DNA of 63,394 nt, counting the filler. It is 7 parts of 7 records of this genome, joined end to end, with 100 filler letters (N's around TTAATTAATTAA, not from the genome) between each part and the next. Parts side by side here need not be neighbours in the genome. Positions count along the whole stretch, not along the records: positions 22,270 to 40,300 come from SRR20825010_62; positions 40,401 to 45,649 come from SRR20825010_68; 5 more parts are not named here. One strand, written 5' to 3'. Below are positions 31,299 to 40,643 of this stretch, one piece after another. A program made the position numbers and the translations under genes. Numbering within the stretch: the first letter of the stretch is position 1; each line of letters starts with the position of its first letter. The notes below the pieces were generated by a model. That model searched no databases. It saw only the letters and a program-made list of their open reading frames with translations, and had not been told where the DNA came from.

Positions 31299-32054
31299 AT
31301 GAATGTATTAATAATTGAAGACGAAAAACCATCTGCACGCTATTTGCAGCGTATGCTAGAAAAACAAGACGTTAAGGTTAGTCAAATGCTTCACAGTGTA
31401 GAAGAAGCTGTAAATTGGTTTCAAAATAACCCACATCCAGACCTTATTTTTTTAGACATTCAATTGAGTGATGGACTTTCTTTCGAAATTTTTGACGCCG
31501 TTGAAGTACACAGCGCCATAATATTTACTACTGCATTTGACGAATATGCTTTGCAAGCATTTAAATTGAATAGTATTGATTATTTATTGAAACCAATTGA
31601 TGAAGACGAATTATATGTAGCAGTTGTAAAGTATAAATCGTTTAATCCAACAGTTCAAAATGTTCAGTTTAATTTTGAGGATATTAAAAAAATGCTTGTA
31701 AACCCTGTAGAAAGAGCGTATAAAAAACGTTTTACAACAAAAATTGGCCAGCATATAAAGATGATTTCTGTAGATGAAATTGAATGCTTCTATTCTGAAA
31801 ATAAAGGCACCTACGCACACACTGTAGACGGACGTAATTATTTGTTAGAAACTACTCTAGAGCAATTGGAGCAAGAGCTTTCGCCAGAATTATTTTTTAG
31901 AATAAGTAGAAAATTCTATATAAATATTGAAGCTATAAAAGATATTATTTCATACACAAACTCACGACTTCAATTAAAATTGAATAACTATAATGAGCAG
32001 GAAGTTATCGTAGCGCGTGAACGGGTGAAAGATTTTAAACTTTGGCTAGAATAG
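31299..32054 (+). CDS. LytTR family response regulator
   Basis: REC domain (IIEDE, FLDIQL, YLLKP) plus LytTR domain (FFRISRKFYIN). Confidence 0.96.
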   Translation: MNVLIIEDEKPSARYLQRMLEKQDVKVSQMLHSVEEAVNWFQNNPHPDLIFLDIQLSDGLSFEIFDAVEVHSAIIFTTAFDEYALQAFKLNSIDYLLKPIDEDELYVAVVKYKSFNPTVQNVQFNFEDIKKMLVNPVERAYKKRFTTKIGQHIKMISVDEIECFYSENKGTYAHTVDGRNYLLETTLEQLEQELSPELFFRISRKFYINIEAIKDIISYTNSRLQLKLNNYNEQEVIVARERVKDFKLWLE

Positions 32055-32056
32055 CA

Positions 32057-33280
32057 CTATTTTTTTTCTTTATTAATTTCAATTCTATTATCCTGAAACG
32101 AAGAAGGCAACAATTTTGGAATAAATTTCACTAATAAAGGAAGTAAAACACTACCACCAGGAAGCAAAAAAATAGTCAATGACGGAATGCTTTTACAAAC
32201 GTCCAAAAGTTGCTCCTTAACTTTGTTTTTTTCTTCGGGAGATAAATCTCGTAAAGTAGATTGCCCCAAAAGTACAACCAACTCGCCACTTTCTTCCAGC
32301 TCGCGTGCTAAACGGTCTTTATTTCTTATAATTAATAATTTTACAGTTGAAGCAGATTGCTTGTAAAACTGCTTCACAGGGTGCGAATATTCAAAAAGAA
32401 GTATTTTTTCAGTGTATTTTTTTGAAAAATTAGCAAGACACTCCAAGCTATTGTTTAAATCTTCTTCGGAATAATTTAAAGTTAAAACTAATTGCTGTAA
32501 AAACTGATGTTCCGTTTCATCAAGTTTTAAATCTTCCCAAATAGTAAGACAGCATAAATCCAAGATATACTTTCTTTCCAAGGAGTTTTCAGTAATATTT
32601 AAATAGTTTAAACTCTCTAAAAAAGTAGAAAAACTACCATCGGTTTTGGCAACTATATATTCAGATGAGGTTTCGAAAAGCTCAATTAGTAATTTATCGT
32701 ATTTAGATTTTTTCTTTTTAGATTTCAATGTGTAAAAACAAGCTGTAAGTACAATTGTTTCTTGTTGTTTGTAATAGTTTTTGGCATTGCTTGGTTCTTT
32801 TTGCCAATGTTTATAAGCAAGAACATCCAAATATAAAAGTGCATGCGTAAGCAGTGAAATTGTATTTTTCTTTAATAACGAATTTGTTTCTTGCAAGCGC
32901 GCCGATAGAATATGCTCTAAAGTATTTGAAGGACTTTGTGAAAGTGTAAATTTTTGAAAAAAACCTGTTTTACCTTTTTCTATATGCCTGTAAAAAGAAA
33001 GAATATCTGTTATAGCTTCCGAATTGCTGGATTCTGGATTTTGCTGATAAAATTGAAAAAGTAAGGAGTGAAAAAGATTTATTTTTGTGAGTTCTTCTTT
33101 AGTAAGTTTTAAGTTGCCAAGCGATTTTTTTGGTAAGGCAGAAACAGAAACACCATAAATAAACCCAGTGTTTTTAAGCGCTTCATAGAATTTTAAGTTA
33201 GTTTGAAAAGAATCAATTAATTCATTCTTTTCAAAAAGATTTAAAAACTTTAAAATCCAATCGGCTGCAGAGGGGTTCAT
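32057..33280 (-). CDS. LETM1-related (biofilm-associated) protein
   Basis: C-terminal QLLDVCKSIPSLTIFLLPGGSVLLPLLVKFIPKLLPSSF is LETM1-like. MNPSA..WI N-terminus. Confidence 0.82.
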   Translation of the reverse strand: MNPSAADWILKFLNLFEKNELIDSFQTNLKFYEALKNTGFIYGVSVSALPKKSLGNLKLTKEELTKINLFHSLLFQFYQQNPESSNSEAITDILSFYRHIEKGKTGFFQKFTLSQSPSNTLEHILSARLQETNSLLKKNTISLLTHALLYLDVLAYKHWQKEPSNAKNYYKQQETIVLTACFYTLKSKKKKSKYDKLLIELFETSSEYIVAKTDGSFSTFLESLNYLNITENSLERKYILDLCCLTIWEDLKLDETEHQFLQQLVLTLNYSEEDLNNSLECLANFSKKYTEKILLFEYSHPVKQFYKQSASTVKLLIIRNKDRLARELEESGELVVLLGQSTLRDLSPEEKNKVKEQLLDVCKSIPSLTIFLLPGGSVLLPLLVKFIPKLLPSSFQDNRIEINKEKK

Positions 33281-33354
33281 TGAAATATTTATGATTATTT
33301 TAGGCGTTCAAACGCTGGTTTTGCTACGTTAACAAAAGATTAACGTTTTTGAAA

Positions 33355-33383
33355 AAACCATGCACTCACATTTAAACGTAAGT
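33355..33383 (+). promoter_or_regulatory. Putative ECF (SigK-type) promoter of DUF4331 operon
   Basis: AAACC-N17-CGTAAGT. A second copy lies at 36153. Confidence 0.65.
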
Positions 33384-33426
33384 ATAGCGAACAAACAAAA
33401 ATAATTAATAAAAACTAACAAAAAAG

Positions 33427-34113
33427 ATGAAAAATTCAAAACTTTTTGCAGTAATCGGTGGACTGGGCATAGCCGCACTATCGGTATTTTTAATATCTGC
33501 GGATCACATTGACGCACCAGCAGTTGCAGGTACAACAGCAGATATTACAGACTTTTACGCCTTTCAAGGCGAGAACAGTAATAACTTTGTGCTAGCAGCA
33601 AATATACAAGGACTTTTGCCTCCGGGTACTCCTACAGACCAAGCCGAATTTGATGAAACGGTTTTGATAGAATTCAATATTGACAGAAATAACGACCTTA
33701 AAGAAGATTTTGTTATTCAGGCAATAAAACGTGGTGATTCAATGTATTTCTTTGGCCCCTCGGTTCCAGCTATGACAGGCGCACAAAGTACTATTGCTAC
33801 AACTGATCCTATTAGTGTAAAAATTTCTACAAAAGATGATGTTCAGATAACAGAAATGAATGGCATGAAATTTTTTGCGGGACCAAGAGAAGATCCTTTT
33901 TTCTTTGATTTTAACCAATACAACGCAGTGCTTTCTGGTACCGCAACAGGTTTTAACAATCCTGGGGATGATACTTTTGCAGGAACAAATGTATTGAGTA
34001 TTGTTGTGGAATTTCCAAAGGCTATGTTACCAGGTGGAGCTACGGGCGTAAACCCATTTGCAGCAAGTACACCTATCTATAATGTATGGGTAGAGGCTAA
34101 AAGAAAACAATAA
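33427..34113 (+). CDS. DUF4331 family protein
   Basis: Signal peptide, then SADHIDAP, ADITDFYAF, FAGPREDPFFFDF and DTFAGTNVLSIVVE. Confidence 0.9.
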   Translation: MKNSKLFAVIGGLGIAALSVFLISADHIDAPAVAGTTADITDFYAFQGENSNNFVLAANIQGLLPPGTPTDQAEFDETVLIEFNIDRNNDLKEDFVIQAIKRGDSMYFFGPSVPAMTGAQSTIATTDPISVKISTKDDVQITEMNGMKFFAGPREDPFFFDFNQYNAVLSGTATGFNNPGDDTFAGTNVLSIVVEFPKAMLPGGATGVNPFAASTPIYNVWVEAKRKQ

Positions 34114-34141
34114 AAATTGCTAACACTAAAAATTTAAAAAG

Positions 34142-34768
34142 ATGAAAACATTTAAATATATATACCTTTTTGCCGCAATAACAACGTCAGTATTGTTTGT
34201 GCAATGTACCGATGATGACGATAATATAATTACGAACCCAACTTGTACCGATGGAATTTTAAACGGTGATGAAACAGAAATTGACTGTGGCGGAACAGCT
34301 TGTGCACCTTGTGGAGAAGTAGTGGATTTTAGCGGAACTTACATACAGGAAGACCAAATGGGGCGTCCTGGTATAAATACCGTATTTGGATCAGAAGGAT
34401 TTAAAGATGCATTTAATGTTACTGTACCATCTGCAATGCAAGTAGCTTTCCAAGCAAAATTTGAAGCAAAATTATTGGCATTGAATTCTGGATATACTAC
34501 TAATGCTTTAGGTTTAACTGCAGAACAATTCACAACAGTACTTTCTAACGATGTTTTATGGTTAGCTGAAACAGGGATAACTACTTACTTTAACGGAACC
34601 GAAATATTGACTGGTAGAACCTTGAATGATGATGTGATTGATGTATCCTTACTTTTAATTTTTGGAGGTCCTGACGGATCTGAAAATCCAACATTAACAA
34701 GTGATGGAGTGTCAGGTAATGATGCTTCGTTCTCTGCGTCATTCCCATATATGGCTGGACCATTTTAA
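34142..34768 (+). CDS. DUF4331 C-terminal-type lipoprotein with Cys-rich insert
   Basis: Lipobox-like FVQC, then QEDQMGRPGINTVF, GRTLNDDVIDVSL and FPYMAGPF. Confidence 0.85.
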   Translation: MKTFKYIYLFAAITTSVLFVQCTDDDDNIITNPTCTDGILNGDETEIDCGGTACAPCGEVVDFSGTYIQEDQMGRPGINTVFGSEGFKDAFNVTVPSAMQVAFQAKFEAKLLALNSGYTTNALGLTAEQFTTVLSNDVLWLAETGITTYFNGTEILTGRTLNDDVIDVSLLLIFGGPDGSENPTLTSDGVSGNDASFSASFPYMAGPF

Positions 34769-34786
34769 TAAGTAAAGTTTTAATAC

Positions 34787-34816
34787 AAAAAAGAGAGCGT
34801 TTCGTTCTCTTTTTTT
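34787..34816 (+). terminator. Intra-operon hairpin/terminator
   Basis: AAAAAAGAGAGCG-TTT-CGTTCTCTTTTTTT. Confidence 0.65.
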
Positions 34817-34866
34817 GTTTAAAATATATTTAAATGAAAAATTTGACCAACACAAATACCTTCAAA

Positions 34867-36144
34867 ATGAAAAATTTAATACCCTTATTATTTTTTGCTG
34901 TTTTTATTGGATGTCAAGAAAAGACTGAAAAAATAACCGATAGTAAAGATTATAACCCGTATTTAATTACCACTAACAATCCTTCAAAAGAAGCACTTTT
35001 ATCTGAGTTTGAATTTTGGGAGAAAAGATTCAATAACGATTCAACTAACTTGATGGAAATGACCCGTATGTCTAGCCTTCATGCAAGAATGTTTGGAATA
35101 AACGGAACTATTTCAGAATTAAAAACTTCAGAAGAATTAATTAAAAAGGCATACGCTGTTTCAGCACGTAATAAAGATACCTATTTGCGCAGTTTAGCAC
35201 ATAATTATATTTCACAACACCGTTTTAAGGAAGCAAAAGTTTTATTGGATAGCGCATATACCTATCCAGATAATCATAAAGAAACGGAGATGATGCTTTT
35301 TGATGTGGCGATGGAATTGGGCGACTATCAGCTTGCAGATACGCTGTTGGGAAAAGTAAAGGCTCCAAAAAATTTTAATTATTTAATTCGTTTGGCAAAA
35401 TGGAGCGACCATAATGGAAATCTTGATGCAGCCATAAAATATATGGAACAAGCTAAAACAATTGCTGAAGCACGAAAAGACAAAAGTTTAATGGTTTGGG
35501 TTTATAGCAATATTGGCGATTTTTATGGTCATGCTGGACGTATTCAAGATTCTTATAAAAGTTATTTGAATACATTGGCAATTCAACCAGACAACCATTA
35601 TGTAAAAAAACAACTTGCATGGATGATTTATTCTCTTGAAAAAAATACCAAGGAAGCAAATCGTATTTTAGATTCCGTACAGGTAAATCATAATATACCT
35701 GATTATCATTTATTGAAAGCTGAAATGGCTGAATATGATGGCGATATTTCTAAAGCAAACAATGAATATGAAAAATTTATAAAAGCTACAGATAATGTGG
35801 CCTATGGTGGAATGTATACTACCTACCTTATATCAATTTATGCAGAAAAGGATCCAAAAAAAGCACTTGAATTAGCCGAAAAAGAAATTATGAATCGCGC
35901 TACACCAGAAACGTATCAATTGCTTGCATATGCCCAATTAAAATCTGGCAATAAAGAAGTTGCTCTTAATACAATTGAAACGTTTGTTGTTGGAAAAACT
36001 TCAGAGCCTAATGCGCTTTTTCATTCAGCTTTAATATATAAAGCAAATGGAATGAATGCTGAGTTAAATTCATTAAAAACTGAACTGTTAGAAGCATTTT
36101 ATGAATTGGGACCTTTAAAAGCAAAAGAAATAAAAATGTTATAA
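34867..36144 (+). CDS. TPR lipoprotein (cell surface protein)
   Basis: Lipobox FIGC followed by multiple TPR-like helical repeats. Confidence 0.85.
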   Translation: MKNLIPLLFFAVFIGCQEKTEKITDSKDYNPYLITTNNPSKEALLSEFEFWEKRFNNDSTNLMEMTRMSSLHARMFGINGTISELKTSEELIKKAYAVSARNKDTYLRSLAHNYISQHRFKEAKVLLDSAYTYPDNHKETEMMLFDVAMELGDYQLADTLLGKVKAPKNFNYLIRLAKWSDHNGNLDAAIKYMEQAKTIAEARKDKSLMVWVYSNIGDFYGHAGRIQDSYKSYLNTLAIQPDNHYVKKQLAWMIYSLEKNTKEANRILDSVQVNHNIPDYHLLKAEMAEYDGDISKANNEYEKFIKATDNVAYGGMYTTYLISIYAEKDPKKALELAEKEIMNRATPETYQLLAYAQLKSGNKEVALNTIETFVVGKTSEPNALFHSALIYKANGMNAELNSLKTELLEAFYELGPLKAKEIKML

Positions 36145-36152
36145 CAAAATGA

Positions 36153-36180
36153 AAACCAAACTACTACTTTTTCCGTAAGT
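36153..36180 (+). promoter_or_regulatory. Putative ECF promoter for downstream sRNA
   Basis: AAACC-N16-CGTAAGT, the same motif as at 33355. Confidence 0.65.
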
Positions 36181-36184
36181 GTTA

Positions 36185-36302
36185 ATGAGGTTGGTTATCT
36201 ATCGAATAATTGATAGATATTTTAAAACCGGAAATACCGGTTTTCAGAGTTTTTTTGTTAGTTGGAGCGCCCGTCATAATTTTGATGGGCGCTACTTTTT
36301 TT
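36185..36302 (+). ncRNA. Putative ECF-dependent small RNA
   Basis: Own promoter, hairpins at 36196-36219 and 36224-36244, a single-stranded U/G-rich seed at 36245-36265, and a terminator stem at 36266-36293 followed by a U-tract. Confidence 0.6.
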
Positions 36303-36325
36303 AATATTTTTAAAAATATATTTTC

Positions 36326-36357
36326 AAAAAAAAACTTGAGCGTGAACTCAAGTTTTT
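36326..36357 (-). terminator. Terminator for sigma/anti-sigma operon
   Basis: AAAAAAAAACTTGAG-CGTGAA-CTCAAGTTTTT. Confidence 0.75.
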
Positions 36358-36377
36358 AAATATAACTTTTCTTTTTC

Positions 36378-37175
36378 TTAAATAGTTATTGTTCCTAACG
36401 TATATAATTGTGATAGGGTAGGTATTTTACTTCCTCCAGCAGGTTCTAAAGTTATTCCAAAAGCTTCAGGATCTGGGAAATTTTCGAACTTATAAATTCC
36501 GTTTTCGCCGGCTTCATTTTCGGCAGCAATTAAACCTACACTTGTTGGCGTAAGAGGTTCCATTTTTAACGACCATAGTTGGTAAACTTTTCCTGGAGGT
36601 GGCGTAGGTAAACCTTTAACATCTATGTAAGCTATGTTGTTTTTTTTATCTAAATACACTTTTGCATAAGCTTCAGGTGCAACAGCTTGATTTCCGGGAA
36701 GTGTATAGGTTTGGTATTCTTTAGACCTTAATACATCCAGTATTTTAGTGTTAGCTACTAATTGATTTTCAATAACATTTTTATCTTCTTTTAAAACGGT
36801 GTTTTCTGTTGAAGTTATTTGTAGTGAATTATTTAAATCATTATTTTGTTTTAACATCCATAAGATACCACCCATAAATAGTATAGCGGCTGCCCAACCT
36901 GTAATGGCTGACCAATTAAGTGTTTTTACCTTGGTATCACCAATATTCTTAACATATCTAATTGAGTTGAGAATGTGTGTCCATGTCATTGCTTGCACGG
37001 GAGGCGCAACATTTTCAGCAATGTGAATAAGAGATTTTTCAATTTGCTCAACTTCTCGCTTCACTTCTTCGCTATTGGCAATTGCAGCTTCCACTTCAAT
37101 AACTTCTTCTTGTGGCAATGCGCCACAAACGTACATTTCTAATTTCCCTGATGCTATAATTTCTTCAGTATTCAT
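36378..37175 (-). CDS. Anti-sigma-K factor, RskA family
   Basis: N-terminal SGKLEMYVCGAL, one TM segment, and C-terminal KVYQLW...AFGITLEPAGGS..PT. Confidence 0.92.
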   Translation of the reverse strand: MNTEEIIASGKLEMYVCGALPQEEVIEVEAAIANSEEVKREVEQIEKSLIHIAENVAPPVQAMTWTHILNSIRYVKNIGDTKVKTLNWSAITGWAAAILFMGGILWMLKQNNDLNNSLQITSTENTVLKEDKNVIENQLVANTKILDVLRSKEYQTYTLPGNQAVAPEAYAKVYLDKKNNIAYIDVKGLPTPPPGKVYQLWSLKMEPLTPTSVGLIAAENEAGENGIYKFENFPDPEAFGITLEPAGGSKIPTLSQLYTLGTITI

Positions 37176-37179
37176 AATT

Positions 37180-37713
37180 TTATCCTAGTACCATTACCCG
37201 TAATTCATTTATACAGGTTCTGTTTCTTGTTTTTAAAGTTCCTAAAGGTATCTCAAGTGTTTTTGATGCTTCCGCTTGTGTATATCCTTTAAAATATAAA
37301 AGGTCAATTATTTTTATACATGCTGGTTTTAAGGCATCTACAAATTTTTTGAGACCAATTGCATTTGTTTTTGTGTTTAAGCTATCTGAGGATGATAGTA
37401 TATCTACGAAGTTTGTGGTGCTTAGGTTTTTTTTAGTGTTTTTAAATGCTTTTGACCTAGTTTGATCTATAGCTGTATTTCTTGCAATGTTTAATAGCCA
37501 AGTAAAAAACCGTCCTTTATTTACAGCATAAGAGCCGGAATTATTCCATACCTTTATGAATACGTCTTGTAGCACTTCTTCAGCAACACTTTCATCTAGT
37601 ACAATACTGTATATTATTCCATAAATAGCTTCACTATACATGGTGTATATGCGGGAAAAGGCTTTCTCATTCCCGTTTTGCATCGCTATGATGAGATCAT
37701 TGGGTTGTTCCAT
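37180..37713 (-). CDS. ECF sigma factor (SigK-like)
   Basis: AEEVLQDVFIKVW, FTWLLNIARN.AID and IPLGTLKTR motifs. Confidence 0.95.
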   Translation of the reverse strand: MEQPNDLIIAMQNGNEKAFSRIYTMYSEAIYGIIYSIVLDESVAEEVLQDVFIKVWNNSGSYAVNKGRFFTWLLNIARNTAIDQTRSKAFKNTKKNLSTTNFVDILSSSDSLNTKTNAIGLKKFVDALKPACIKIIDLLYFKGYTQAEASKTLEIPLGTLKTRNRTCINELRVMVLG

Positions 37714-38025
37714 AAATTTATTCTTCGAAAGTAAAAGTAATAAATTAATAGCTTAAGTTTCATTTGATTTTTTGATTTGTAGGAAATTAATTTTTAGGTC
37801 ATTTTATTTGAATTAAATCTCATTTTAATCATTCATTGACTTCATTAACCTTAAAGATGTTTATCAGAACTTTTTGTTTGTAAATGGTTGTTTTTCAGTA
37901 ATTAATAATTTGTAGGAAAGGTTTAAAATGATTTTTTTTAGCGTTTTTTCAGTATTTTTACAACTGCCGCATTTCATATAACATGCGCTTTGCGCTAAAA
38001 AAACAAACCTGAAAAAATTAATATT

Positions 38026-40300
38026 ATGAAACAAACTAATTGGATTTTATCCATAACTCTACTCTGTTTTTTTTGTAGCAATGTTGCAATTGCTCAAAAT
38101 TACACAACGGCAATCAATAAACAATTAAATGACCTAGCTGCCCAAGATAAATTGGCCCCCCAAGATGCTAATTGGATTTTAAGCTCACATCACACCAGTT
38201 CTATTAGTGGAGTGGAGCATGTATATTATAGTCAAAAATTCAACGGACTTGAAGTATACGGTACCGCATCTGGTGTACATTATCTTCCTAATGGGCAAGT
38301 AATCTCTAAAAACAATAGTTTTATAAAAAATGTAGCACAGAAAGTTTCTGGTTCTTCTTCTCCAGGATTAACTCCTGAAGAAGCAATTCGTTCCGCAGCA
38401 ACTCAGCTAGGATATAAAATTGTAAAACCCATAAGCGTGTTAGAGAGTAAAAAAGGAAACGGTAAAGAGTTTCTTTTAAGCGATGGTGGAATATCATCAT
38501 TACCTATTCCTGCAAAATTATTGTATATTATTACTAAAAATGATCGTGTAGCATTAGCTTGGGATGTTTCAATAAAAAATATTGAACCAGGAAGTGGCGA
38601 ATGGTGGAGTTTAAAAGTAGATGCTACTACAGGAAGTATTATCGATAAAGTTAATTGGATGCTAAGCTGTAGCCCTGGTCATGACCATGATCATGACCAT
38701 GATTCAAAAACGCTAAATTTCAATGACAATTTATACGATATTCCAAATTATAAGGAGACTCTAGCTACTAAACCAGCTGCATGTACAACTTGTTACGAGG
38801 TGTTTGAAATGCCTAAGGAAAGCCCATATTATGGCGATAGAACAATCGTAAATTCTCCAGCAAACCCCATAGCATCTCCTTATGGTTGGCATGATACCAA
38901 TGGTGTCGCTGGTGCAGAATATACAGTTACCAGAGGTAACAATGTAAATGCTTTTGATAATGTTACAGACTTTCAACCAGATGGTGGCGCTGATTTAGAT
39001 TTTTCAGGCTTTCCATTTTCACAAACTTATACGAATACCAATCAATATGAGTCTGCCTCAATTACTAATTTGTTTTACTTGAACAACATTTATCATGATA
39101 TCATGCATTTTTACGGTTTTGATGCTCCAGCTGGGAATTTCCAAGAAAACAATTATGGAAATGGTGGTGCTGGAAGCGATTCTGTGAATGCACAGGCACA
39201 AATGGGTATAGTGTGTAATGCTTTTTTTGGAACACCTGCAGATGGTGGAAACCCTGTAATGGAAATGTATGTATGTGATGATAAAGACGGTGATTTTGAA
39301 GCAACTGTTGTATTTCATGAATACTCACATGGTACTTCAAAGAGGTTAACAGGAGGTGCGTCTAATATAAATGTCTTGTTTAATAATGAACAAATGGGCG
39401 AAGGCTGGAGTGATTTTTATGGAATAGTATTTACTATTAGGTCTAGTGATACTGGAGAGACACCACGTGCTATTGGAAATTACCTTAAAGGACAGGGAAT
39501 CGATGGTATAGGAATAAGAACTTTTCGTTATTCTACAGATATGACCGCTAATCCTCAAACATATAATTCTATTAAAGGTACGGTAGGAGCTCATGCCCTT
39601 GGTGAAGTATGGGCTGGAATGCTTTGGGAGCTTACTTGGGGTTTAATAGACGAACACGGGTTCAATGATAACCCTTATGAATTTACAGGCGATATAGCAC
39701 AAGACAAAGGAAACACAATGGCTGTTGCAATTGTAACTGAATCATTAAAATTACAACCAGGTAGCCCAGGATTTGTAGATGGAAGAGATGCTATACTTGC
39801 AGCAGATCAAGCAATTTATGGTGGTGCAAACGCATGTATTATTTGGAAAGCTTTTGCAAAAAGAGGTGTAGGTTATAGTGCTAACCAAGGTTCTTCAAAT
39901 AACAGAAACGATGGAACTGAAGCCTTTGATTTGCCTGCTCCAGAAACCACAGACCTAACTGATATTTGTGTTGGAAGCGAAGTAACAGTTACAGCAACCC
40001 CAATAAGCGCATCTAGCACCATAAACTGGTATGATGCAGAAACGGGAGGAACTTTATTGTTCACTGGTGCTTCATATACTTTTACCCCAACAGTAAATAC
40101 AGATCTTTATGCTGAAGAAGTACCTGCAACTGGCGCTGGCTGTTTTACAAGAGCACACACACAGGTTCTTGTAGATGCTATTAATCCAGAAATTGTATGT
40201 CCTGCAAATAGTGTTGTTGAAGTAAATCAAGGGGAGCAATATACATTGCCAGATTATACTACAGCTGCAACAGCAACAGATAACTGTACTACTTCTCCTG
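38026..40300 (+). CDS. M36 (fungalysin) metallopeptidase, 3' truncated, probable T9SS substrate
   Basis: Signal peptide, FTP/PepSY propeptide, ASPYGWH, HEYSHG, EGWSDF, FAKRG and C-terminal Ig-like domains. Confidence 0.92.
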
Positions 40301-40400
40301 NNNNNNNNNNNNNNNNNNNNNNNNNNNNNNNNNNNNNNNNNNNNTTAATTAATTAANNNNNNNNNNNNNNNNNNNNNNNNNNNNNNNNNNNNNNNNNNNN
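40301..40400. other. Artificial contig linker
   Basis: N44-TTAATTAATTAA-N44. Confidence 0.99.
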
Positions 40401-40404
40401 AATT

Positions 40405-40480
<76 letters not shown>

Positions 40481-40643
40481 ATTTCAACAACGTGTCGTCG
40501 TTGAGAGAACGAAATTATAGCAAGAAAATTTTTTGTGTCAAACGTTTTTGCAAAATAACTTCATTTATTTTCGTTGTGCCTAAAAAATGTGCAAACCCAA
40601 GCCTGTCGCGGCTTTCGGGCTAGTTGGGTTTTTCAGGTTCAAG

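Noticed and set aside
36185-36304. 39-codon ORF (MRLVIYRIIDRY...) over the putative sRNA
   Set aside because: It would be leaderless, runs through three hairpins and ends in the terminator U-tract. An RNA interpretation fits better, though dual function is not excluded.
38680-38703. (His-Asp)4 repeat in the M36 protease
   Set aside because: Low-complexity linker at the propeptide junction, common in such proteins.
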